A stretch of 64,000 bases of DNA from the sequence record ON529857.1; one strand, written 5' to 3'. The position numbers and the translations under genes are program-made. The notes beneath the pieces were generated by a model, which was given only the letters and a program-made list of their open reading frames with translations, made no database searches and was not told where the DNA came from. Positions 54,354 through 61,992 of the stretch are shown here, one piece after another. The first letter of the stretch is position 1, and every line of letters begins with the position of its first letter.

Positions 54354-55151
54354 TCAGTCCCGCGTGTCGGCGATCATCTGCGCCGTCTCGGCGGCGATCT
54401 CCTGGCGGTCGCCGACGATCAGCCAGCCGTCTTCGTCGGCGTTCGGATCGAAGACGACGAAGGGGCCTTCATGCTGCGCCGCGCGGGCGATCAGTCCGGC
54501 CTTGATCGCCTCATGCCGGGCGGCGATCTCGTCAGGCGTCAGGGACGGGGCGCCGTGGAAGGCGTGGACGTCGAACCGTCCTTCGAGGAAGGCGGCGCGG
54601 CGGCGAAACTGATAGCCGCCCATCATCACCTCACATTCGGCTTGCGAATAGATTTCGGGGCCGAACAGATGGCCGATCACGTCGCCCTTGTTCTGCTTGG
54701 TCAGATAGGCAGGCGGATCGACAAAGCGCACGATCAGGCCCAAGAATCCACCTTCGGTGAAATAGCCGGTGACGACGGCGCGCCCCAGGTTGTTGAAGTT
54801 GGCTTCCACTTCGGAGCCCACGGCGGGCGGCGGCTCCTCCCCGCCCCAGCGCGGCAGAAGGCTCTGAGTCTCGACCGGGCGGCCGTCCGCATCCCATTCC
54901 AGCGCCTCCCATTGCGGCAGGTCAGGCGTCCAGCCGTAGCCGTAAACCTCCAGCAGCCAGGACGGGCCGTAACGGTTGCGGATCAGCCGCAGCGCGGCGG
55001 CGTCGTCCTCGTCGCTCTCGCGCGCTTCGGCCCAGACCGCGCACAGGGCGGTTTTCCAGCCCCCGGCGGCGCCGGCGTATTTGGTCGCGAACGCCTCCAG
55101 GGCGGCGCGGGCGGGGTCGCGCAGGGGCGGATAGGTCACAGCGTCAGTCAT
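54354..55151 (-). CDS. multi-domain hypothetical protein
   Basis: W...L...W......LR.IRN..GP.WL domain then GYF.E.G.LG.IV domain. Confidence 0.75.
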   Translation of the reverse strand: MTDAVTYPPLRDPARAALEAFATKYAGAAGGWKTALCAVWAEARESDEDDAAALRLIRNRYGPSWLLEVYGYGWTPDLPQWEALEWDADGRPVETQSLLPRWGGEEPPPAVGSEVEANFNNLGRAVVTGYFTEGGFLGLIVRFVDPPAYLTKQNKGDVIGHLFGPEIYSQAECEVMMGGYQFRRRAAFLEGRFDVHAFHGAPSLTPDEIAARHEAIKAGLIARAAQHEGPFVVFDPNADEDGWLIVGDRQEIAAETAQMIADTRD

Positions 55152-55196
55152 GGGGCGTCTCCCGTTTCGGTGTTGAGCCTGTCTATCCGGGCGGCG

Positions 55197-55409
55197 TCAG
55201 CTTGTCAACCGATTTTCTGTGGAAAGCGTTTCGCGCGGCTGGACCGCATAGGTGCGGCGCACGGCGCGCTCCGCCCCCTGCTTCTGCAAGGCCAGCTTGA
55301 GGCAGCGATGCGCCTCGTCCCGATCCCCCGCCAGGGCGGCCTCTTCGGCGCGGCGCGCGAAATACAGCTTGGCGCGGCGGGAATGGCGGGCGGCGATCTT
55401 GGCGTTCAT
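55197..55409 (-). CDS. small basic protein (paralogue of 30473..30652); C-terminus read through next promoter
   Basis: Ends RETLSTENRLTS encoded by A/T tract and TTGACA. Confidence 0.7.
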   Translation of the reverse strand: MNAKIAARHSRRAKLYFARRAEEAALAGDRDEAHRCLKLALQKQGAERAVRRTYAVQPRETLSTENRLTS

Positions 55410-55594
55410 CGGGTGTCTCCGTTGCGTCTGTCCTTTCGTTCTAGGGCAGGGCGAGGATGGTGTCAACCTCTTTTCTGTAGAAAAATGCAGTCGGCCCGTT
55501 AACCTTAATGCGGCGTTAAGGTTAATGCGAGCGGCTCGCGTTAACCTTAACAAGCTGGGGCGCGGGTAGGCCCGCCAGCGGCGGGCCTTGTCGG

Positions 55595-55669
55595 CTATTT
55601 AAACAGCATGACCACGACGACGGCGAGCGCCAGTTTCCACGCGCCAAGGGCGCGGTCCAGCACCTTCAC
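55595..55669 (-). CDS. 24-aa membrane peptide (not in ORF track)
   Basis: GTG overlapping upstream TGA; MKVLDRALGAWKLALAVVVVMLFK. Confidence 0.4.
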   Translation of the reverse strand: MKVLDRALGAWKLALAVVVVMLFK

Positions 55670-55965
55670 GCGCCCTCCGGCGCGATGAAATAGACGCGAT
55701 CAATAAACGTCACCTCGACGCCCTCGGGCTGTTCGTCCGGGCTGTCGGTCTCCAGATCGGCGTCGATCAGCACGGTCTGGAGGCTGTTCTCCAGCCACGT
55801 CACATAGTCGGGGTCCGTGTCCGCCGTCTCCAGAACGGCGTCAAGGTCGGCGTCGAGACTGGCGCGCAGCATCTGCACGGCGTCTTGCCAATCCATCGGA
55901 CCTGCGGGCGCCTCTTCGGGCAGGTAGCCCGGCACATTGGAGCCGACGACATATTGGTGGGACAT
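55666..55965 (-). CDS. hypothetical acidic protein
   Basis: YVVGSNVPGYLPE motif; first cassette of the array. Confidence 0.7.
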   Translation of the reverse strand: MSHQYVVGSNVPGYLPEEAPAGPMDWQDAVQMLRASLDADLDAVLETADTDPDYVTWLENSLQTVLIDADLETDSPDEQPEGVEVTFIDRVYFIAPEGA

Positions 55966-56383
55966 GGGCGGGGGGCCTTTCGTGTTGCGGTCCTGCCTTG
56001 TCCCACGCCCGGCGTCAGGTGTCAACCGCTTTTCTTCAGAAAACTTCGCCGCGCGGCGGGTGGGCGTTAACCTTAACACTTAACCTTAATCGTTAAGGTT
56101 AATGCGAACGGCTCGCGTTAACCTTAATAACCCTGCGCCGCGTGCGGGTATGGCCGGGTCATACCCGGTATGACCGGGGAGGGCCGGACGGCCTCGAACC
56201 AGGGCCGGGCCTGGATGACTCGGACGGCGTTAACCTTAACAAACCGTTACCTGCGAATGCGTCGCAGGTGCTGTCTCAACTCCGGCCCCGGCCCCCCTGG
56301 CGGGGCGGCCCCCATCAGGTGCGAATGCGTCGCAGGAGGGCTCGCATCGTCCGGCCCCCGGCCCCTGGGGGCGAAACCAAACC

Positions 56384-56760
56384 GTGTCGAATCAAGCCGG
56401 CGTCGAATCGAAACGACGTCAAGTCAAGTTTGGCACCAGCGAAACGAAACGCGCGCGCGTCAAATCGGGCTCGCGTCAAATTTCGCTCCCGTTGAATCGC
56501 GCGGGCGTCAAGTCGCGTTGAAACGCGCTCGCGTCGAATCGATCGGGCGTCAAGTCGCCAGGCCGGGCGTCGAAGCGGGCGGGCGTCAAGTCGACCCGGC
56601 GCGTCGAAACCCGCTGGCGTCAAGCCGGGGTGTCGAGGACGCGGAGCGCGGATCAGACGCGCGACGCCGCCCGGCAAGGAGGACAGCCCGCCGGCCGGCG
56701 CCTGGACAATACACGCCCTCGACGCCCCATCGGGACCCGGATCGCCGGCGCTGTCAAGCG
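56384..56760. repeat. (G)CGTCAAGTC / CGTCGAA repeat cluster C
   Basis: More than 10 CGTC(A/G)A copies in non-coding DNA. Confidence 0.85.
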
Positions 56761-56888
56761 CGCGGTCATAGGAGGGCGATTGTGCAGGTGCGAAATGGGC
56801 GCGACGGAGCGCAGAGCGGTTGACGGCGACGGGGCGTTTGGCGGCGTAAAGAAACCCGCTGCGGTCCAGGCGGGGCGGGGAATCCGCT

Positions 56889-57226
56889 GTCACGAAACCC
56901 CTCAAAGGTGACTCTGGGGATGGGGCGGTTTTCGTAAGGCGGGGGCGGCGGGTCGCCGGTCTGAAGCGGGGTCCAGGGCGGATCAGGGCCAAATAAGGCG
57001 AGAATGGGGCAGTCACGAAATTCGGAGCCGGGCGGCGGGGCGAATTCGGGCGTTTGTTGAAAACATTGAGGTTTTCGGGAGGGTTTCGTGACTCGGATCA
57101 GGGGCTCAGGGCCTCCTTTGGGTTGAAATTGTCCCGAAAACGGGGGCGAATCCCAGTCACGTTTCTATAAGTCGTTGTTTTTACTGCGGAAATATCTTTG
57201 AGTCACGAATCCCCTCAAGGGTGACT
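56889..57226. repeat. GTCACGAA(A/T)CCCCTCAA(A/G)GGTGACT direct repeat and TCGTGAC cluster
   Basis: 25-bp copies at 56889-56913 and 57202-57226, each GTCAC-N14-GTGAC; six GANTC in 56880-57211. Confidence 0.8.
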
Positions 57227-57275
57227 GCGTCAGGCCGGGATCGACAAGCGCCGGGCGGCGCCCGATCCTATGGAT

Positions 57276-57389
57276 TCAGCGGCGTCGACGCCGGCGGTCC
57301 GGCGGGGCTTGGAAGACATTGAGGATGTCCAGCATATACCAGACGAGGGCGGCATACGCCGTCAGCAGGATCACGCACAGCCAGCCCAT
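57276..57389 (-). CDS. small membrane peptide with poly-Arg tail
   Basis: GGGAGAGAC RBS; MGWLCVILLTAYAALVWYML...RRRRRR. Confidence 0.55.
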   Translation of the reverse strand: MGWLCVILLTAYAALVWYMLDILNVFQAPPDRRRRRR

Positions 57390-57515
57390 AGGGCGTCTCT
57401 CCCAGCGATCGTGGACGCGGCTCGCCGCGCCTGTTCCCCACGTCAGGGCTAACACATCCCAGGCCGCGCGTCGCCTGGTGGAAATCCGCAGTTCTGCGAT
57501 CTCGAATCGCCGGGA

Positions 57516-57690
57516 GAATTCGCAGGGTCCCTCGCCCGAAAAATCGCTAGGGTCCCCAGCCGGAAAATTCGCAGGGTCCCCGGCGGCTGAATTTCGAGGG
57601 TCCCCGTCCGGGGGAAAATTCGAAAGGGTCCCGCTGATGAATCGGCCGGGTCCCCCGCCGCTCGAAAGATGAATTCCGAAGGGTCCCCGC
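57516..57690. repeat. AAWTTCG-N-AGGGTCCCC repeat cluster C
   Basis: Seven copies, ~24-25-bp period. Confidence 0.9.
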
Positions 57691-57996
57691 CGGTCATACT
57701 CGGTAGGGCCAAGCCATGCCCGCACGTCGGGCGGGGTCATTAAGGTTAATGCGACCGCGTCGCAGTTCGCCGCCCGACAGGGGCCGAGGGCCGCTCACTC
57801 TTGGGGACTCGATGGAAGAGTGGCGCCTTTACAACAATTTCTCTGTCAACACTTGCAGGACAAAAAGTCGATTCGGAATTTCCTCTTACGGACGCCCGAC
57901 TTGAGACCCTTGTAAGGGAATGGGATGCGTTGAAAATCTGTTATAGGATTTAGAGTAGACCTGAGACAAACGAGAGTCCCAACACGGCCTGGAGTC

Positions 57997-58026
57997 AAAG
58001 AACCCCGCCGGGTTAGGACGGGGTTC
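57997..58026 (-). terminator. terminator after large terminase
   Basis: GAACCCCG...CGGGGTTC followed by TTT on minus strand. Confidence 0.7.
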
Positions 58027-58053
58027 AAGTGATTTTAAGTTTTGGCGGACGCC

Positions 58054-60789
58054 TTAACCGAAGGAGCCGATCTTCTTGGAGCCGTAGCGGGTGCGCCGGC
58101 CCTTCATGTATTTCAGCGCCTGGGTCATGGCGTCGACCTGGTCGTCGTGCGCCCCGTCGGGGAACTGCGCCACCTCCTTGACGAAGCCGCTCAGCCACTC
58201 CGCGTCCTTGGGCAGGTAGACGTCGCCGGCGGTGATCAACGGGCTCACCTCGTCGAAGCGGAACTCCTTGGACTGGCCGTGCGGGTCGATGCCGACGATG
58301 GGGGCCGGCGCCAGGCGGCGTTGCGAATCCGTCCGACCCCGGTTCTGGATGTAGGCCGTCCCCTGGCCCTTGTCTTCGACCAGGATCACGTCCACGTCGT
58401 CGTCGATCGCCTGCTTTTCGATGAGCGGGATCATGTCGTTGAACTCGACCTTCTTGCGGGTCTGGCGCAGCAGGTGGTATTGCCCGTCGTGCGTCTCGCC
58501 CCAGGTCTGGGCCACGGTGTAGTCGGCCCGTTCCGTCACCTTGGCGGCGCAGTCGACCGACAGGACGATGCGGCGGTAATAGGCGCGGCGGTCCGGCTTG
58601 GCGCGGCCGACCTCGTCGATCAGCCCCTCTTCACGCGCCTTCTTCAGCGCCTCGTCGGTCTTGTGCAGCGGCTGACGGTAGAACTGGAACTTCGACGCGA
58701 CCGAGTCATCCGAGGTGGCGTCCGCCATCTGCTGATAGACCAGGGCGAATCGCTGGAACGTCCACTCGGTTTTCTTCGTCACATAGAAGGCGAGATCGTA
58801 GTAGTCCCACAAGACGTCGCCCAGCTTGCGGCCGAGCACGTCGTTCTCTTCATCGACGCACAACGCCGGCGCCTCCACCTGGTGCCAGCGGGCGTAGGGC
58901 GGCAGGTGCTTGTTCATGTCCATGAGGTGCCCGGTCAGGTCGTGCTCATGGAAGCGCGTCATGATCAGGAACATCTTGGACATGGGCAGCATACGCGAGC
59001 CGATGTCGCCGACGAACCAGGTGTTGACCTTCTCGCGCTGCACCGCGCTTTCGGCCTCCTCGATCTTGGCGTAGGGGTCGTCGACGCAGGCGAAATGCGC
59101 GCGGAAACCGTGGACGGCCTGACCGACGCCCTTGGCGACATACTGACCGCCCTTGCCGGCGATGGCCCATTGGTCGGCGGCGCGCGTCGAGTAGTCGATC
59201 ACCACCTCGGGGAAGACGCGGCGGAACTCGGGCGAGCCGACCAGGCCGCGAATCTTCTTGGAGAACTCGTTCTCGACGAAGCGTTGGGAGTGGCCCCCGC
59301 CGATGATCTTCAGCGTCGGTTGACGCCCCAGACGCCAGGCGACGAACAGGCGCGAGGCGTAGGTGGAGTTGTGCACCACCACCCCGTCGGCCAGGAACGT
59401 CGAGTCCTTGTAGACGGTCAGGCAGCGGCACTCGCCCTGTCCCGCCGGGCTCACCTCCACCACCTTGTCGGTCGCCTTGGAGCCGTAGGGCAGGCGCTTG
59501 GCGATGAAGTCGGCGTCGTTGCGGCCGAGGAACTGCACCCCGGCGTCCAGCAGGGTTTCCACCGCCGGGCCGCGCACGATCACCTTGGGCAGGCCGCGCT
59601 CCGGCGCCTCCATCCGGGCGTCCACATCGAAGCGCGCCAGCAGCCGTTGCAGGTCGCGCGCCAGGCCCGGCGACTTGACCGCCACCGACACCGTGGCCTG
59701 GCTGAAGCGTTTGGGCGTGGTGGCGCGCAGGCGATACAGCGTCGACAGATAGGCGCGCACCTTGACGTCGTCGCCCTTGAACACCCATTCGGGCACGCGC
59801 CGTTCGGTCGCCCGCACCGCCATCCCCAGGGCGTCGCGCAGCGGCTTGGCGTCGAAGTTGCGCAGGCGCAGCATGTGGCGGCGGTTCGCCGGCAGCCAGT
59901 TCTTGTGATAGCGGATGCCCATGCGCGTCAGCAGCGCCTCGGCCTCCTCCACCTGGTCGGTCTTGGCGAACCACAGTTGCAGGTTGAAATAGGGCTTGCC
60001 GGTGTGGGGCGAGATCGCCTCGTTGAAGCCGCCGCAGACGGCGAAGAAGGCCGCCAGACGGAAGGCGTCCTCGCTCATGCCGGAGGTGTCGTTGCGCCCG
60101 TTCTGCTCGTCGATCGGGCCGCCCACCACGGTCAGGTTCATGCCCGGCCGCAGGTCTTCGGCGTTGATCCAGGCCGGGGCCGCGCCGGGGCGCGTGACCT
60201 GGAACGGATGGTCGGGGGCCGAATAGACGACCCGGCCCTTCTCGGTCTCGATCTTCAGCAGCGGCAAGACGCCCTGCTCATGCACCGCCTCGACCTTGCG
60301 GCGGCGGCCGGTGTGGGTGATGACCTCCTCGCCCGGCGTGATGTCGGCGATGCGCTTCCACGAGCCGTCGCCCATCATGACCGGGGTGTCGACGTGCAGC
60401 GGCTTGGCGTGACCGGGCGGGCAGTTCAGGATGAACCGGTCCATCTCCGGGTCCATCTCGATCTTCTGAAGCAGCTCGGTCAGATAGACGTGCCAGGCCG
60501 ATTCGGGCGGCTCGTCCGGCGAGACGTATTCGCAAAAGGCGTTGAAATCGTCCCGCGCCAGCGGTAGAAGCTTCTCCAGATGACGGCGTTGCAGTTCTTC
60601 GGACAGGCTGTTCAGCGCCGTGATCTGCTGATTGACGTCGTTGGTCTGGGTCAGGGCGTAGATGCCCTGGCGGGTGACGTCCGGCAGGATGAGGCCGCGC
60701 TCGGCCGAGCGCTTGGCTTCCATCGCCAGGTTCTGCAACCGGCGCGACGACTGTCGGGCGCGGATGCGGTCTTCGATCAAATAGGTCAT
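58054..60789 (-). CDS. terL: terminase large subunit with intein
   Basis: Walker A PPGHAK|S, FACVDDP Walker B, IMTRFHEHDL coupling motif, SVDCA...ADYT and HDDQVDA nuclease motifs. Confidence 0.95.
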   Translation of the reverse strand: MTYLIEDRIRARQSSRRLQNLAMEAKRSAERGLILPDVTRQGIYALTQTNDVNQQITALNSLSEELQRRHLEKLLPLARDDFNAFCEYVSPDEPPESAWHVYLTELLQKIEMDPEMDRFILNCPPGHAKPLHVDTPVMMGDGSWKRIADITPGEEVITHTGRRRKVEAVHEQGVLPLLKIETEKGRVVYSAPDHPFQVTRPGAAPAWINAEDLRPGMNLTVVGGPIDEQNGRNDTSGMSEDAFRLAAFFAVCGGFNEAISPHTGKPYFNLQLWFAKTDQVEEAEALLTRMGIRYHKNWLPANRRHMLRLRNFDAKPLRDALGMAVRATERRVPEWVFKGDDVKVRAYLSTLYRLRATTPKRFSQATVSVAVKSPGLARDLQRLLARFDVDARMEAPERGLPKVIVRGPAVETLLDAGVQFLGRNDADFIAKRLPYGSKATDKVVEVSPAGQGECRCLTVYKDSTFLADGVVVHNSTYASRLFVAWRLGRQPTLKIIGGGHSQRFVENEFSKKIRGLVGSPEFRRVFPEVVIDYSTRAADQWAIAGKGGQYVAKGVGQAVHGFRAHFACVDDPYAKIEEAESAVQREKVNTWFVGDIGSRMLPMSKMFLIMTRFHEHDLTGHLMDMNKHLPPYARWHQVEAPALCVDEENDVLGRKLGDVLWDYYDLAFYVTKKTEWTFQRFALVYQQMADATSDDSVASKFQFYRQPLHKTDEALKKAREEGLIDEVGRAKPDRRAYYRRIVLSVDCAAKVTERADYTVAQTWGETHDGQYHLLRQTRKKVEFNDMIPLIEKQAIDDDVDVILVEDKGQGTAYIQNRGRTDSQRRLAPAPIVGIDPHGQSKEFRFDEVSPLITAGDVYLPKDAEWLSGFVKEVAQFPDGAHDDQVDAMTQALKYMKGRRTRYGSKKIGSFG
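59368..60402 (-). mobile_element. 345-aa intein in terminase P-loop; Pro1, block F Cys, degenerate LAGLIDADG domain
   Basis: PLHVDTPV...I.DI.PGE.V (block A), APDHPF (B), ECRCLTV (F), VVVHN|S (G). Confidence 0.9.
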
Positions 60790-60798
60790 GGTGTCGTG

Positions 60799-60808
60799 TT
60801 AAGGTTAA
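60799..60808. promoter_or_regulatory. TTAAGGTTAA box 10 bp upstream of terL start
   Basis: Identical to the box in the early cassettes. Confidence 0.55.
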
Positions 60809-61065
60809 CGAGCCGAAACGGGCTCGACGTCGATGTCGAGCTCGGCGGCGCGCAGCAGCCCCTCGACGGAGGTCGCCAGCACTTCATCGCCACGATGGCG
60901 AGCGACGACCCGGATGGTGCGCACCGCCTGCTCCAGGCGGACGATGCGACGGCGAAGCGCCGAGGCGTGCGCCAGGAGCGCCGCGACGACGAAGGTGAAG
61001 GCCAGGACGATGCCGACCAGCAGGCCGGCGGCGAGCGCCGCGTCCACGGGCACGCAGGCGGTCAT
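60805..61065 (-). CDS. small membrane protein
   Basis: N-terminal TM helix then basic coiled coil. Confidence 0.65.
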   Translation of the reverse strand: MTACVPVDAALAAGLLVGIVLAFTFVVAALLAHASALRRRIVRLEQAVRTIRVVARHRGDEVLATSVEGLLRAAELDIDVEPVSAR

Positions 61066-61748
61066 TCGGGAACCCCCGCGTCATCGTCCAACTGATCGAG
61101 CACGCCCATGGCCTCGTCCAGGTCCGGCAGGTCGGCCCCCAGGGCGACGTCGGTCTCCGATCCGGTCGACAGCTCGCGCGCCTTGGCGAGGTTGGGGGCC
61201 GGCGGCGAGCGGACCTGTCCGGCGATCAGCTCCATAGCGGTCTCGTGGGTGAAGTCGCGCGACAGGTCGGCCTCGGTGCGTTCGGCCGCCGGCAGGGCGT
61301 CCATCGCCGCGCCCAGCAGGGCGTCCATCTTGTCCAGGTCCAGCGTCTGCGGCACGCCGCCGCCGTCGTCGCCGTCCGAGCCGCCCTGGAACATGCCCAG
61401 GTCCTTGCCGATCAGCTCCAAGGCCGCGTTCGATTCCTTGAACAACTCCGCCTTGGCGGCCAGGATCGCGTTCTCCGCCAGCTGCGAGATCACCCAGGCG
61501 CGCGACGCGCCGGTGATGGTGCCCACCACCTTGGCGGCCTCTCGGGCGGCGACCCGCTGCGATTCGCGCTGCGCCTGGTAGTCCTCGAACAGCTCGGCGA
61601 TGCGCAGCTTGATCGTCTCGTCCTGCTCCAGGTGCGTGGTCGAGGTGCCGGGCGCATAACCGGCGGCCTGCGCCGCCTGGGCGGGCTTCATCCCGCGCGC
61701 ACGGTGCTTGGCGTAGAGTTCGTTTCGGTCGTTAGAAAGTCTTGGCAT
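61062..61748 (-). CDS. terS: terminase small subunit
   Basis: AA.AAGY HTH, SRAWVISQL, ALELIGKDLGMF motif; upstream of terL. Confidence 0.85.
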   Translation of the reverse strand: MPRLSNDRNELYAKHRARGMKPAQAAQAAGYAPGTSTTHLEQDETIKLRIAELFEDYQAQRESQRVAAREAAKVVGTITGASRAWVISQLAENAILAAKAELFKESNAALELIGKDLGMFQGGSDGDDGGGVPQTLDLDKMDALLGAAMDALPAAERTEADLSRDFTHETAMELIAGQVRSPPAPNLAKARELSTGSETDVALGADLPDLDEAMGVLDQLDDDAGVPE

Positions 61749-61749
61749 G

Positions 61750-61992
61750 TCAGGCCTCGGAAAGGTCGATCAGCCGTCGGGTCAGCTTTCCGATGTGGAT
61801 GTTGAGGTCGAGGAAGATTTCGTAGTAGGTGAGCGCCGCCACGCGGTGCTCTTCGATAAGCGCGTCTTTGGCGCCCTGGTGGGTCAGGGACAGGACCGAG
61901 GACTGGTTCTCCATGCAGACCGCGAACGTCAGTTCGGCGCGGTGCTTCAACCGCTCGATCTCCGCATGGATGTCGGCGCGGGTCTCGGTCAT
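61750..61992 (-). CDS. hypothetical helical protein (resembles 6719..6991)
   Basis: MTETRADI start; RVAALTYYEIFLD. Confidence 0.65.
   Translation of the reverse strand: MTETRADIHAEIERLKHRAELTFAVCMENQSSVLSLTHQGAKDALIEEHRVAALTYYEIFLDLNIHIGKLTRRLIDLSEA

Larger units (their letters stand above)
24054..56100 (-). repeat. array of ~42 repeated promoter-RBS-gene-terminator cassettes (early region, probable long terminal repeat)
   Basis: Minus-strand TTGACA (TGTCAA on +) at 25062, 26608, 27002, 27826, 28724, 29655, 30073, 30701, 31560, 32290, 32760, 33423, 34173, 34601, 35098, 35653, 36126, 36934, 38685, 39916, 40864, 41683, 42579, 43684, 44460, 45071, 45880, 46332, 47074, 48400, 48777, 49676, 50621, 51172, 51699, 52210, 52998, 53698, 54330, 55203, 55461, 56020; almost all with 16-18 nt spacer, TAnnnn -10, GGAGAC(A/G) RBS, upstream A/T tract and GTTAAGGTTAA box. 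Confidence 0.95.

Noticed and set aside
24054-56100. CRISPR array or integron
   Set aside because: Repeats are separated by whole genes, not 30-40-nt spacers; no cas or integrase gene in the window; GTTAAGG misses the attC core GTTRRRY and each unit has its own promoter, unlike integron cassettes.
57276-57740. 154-aa ORF with AGDP repeats
   Set aside because: Its N-terminal part is just the GGGTCCCC DNA repeat; a good RBS supports only the 37-aa C-terminal peptide starting at 57389.
57844-57849. Extra cassette promoter
   Set aside because: TTGACA is present but there is no -10 at 16-18 nt and no GGAGAC RBS or gene behind it.
58042-60567. 841-aa + strand ORF and other long + strand ORFs (101..1153, 1682..2716, 19831..21291, 21472..22671, 45062..46315)
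   Set aside because: Antisense shadows of high-GC minus-strand genes; no RBS, motifs or promoter support.
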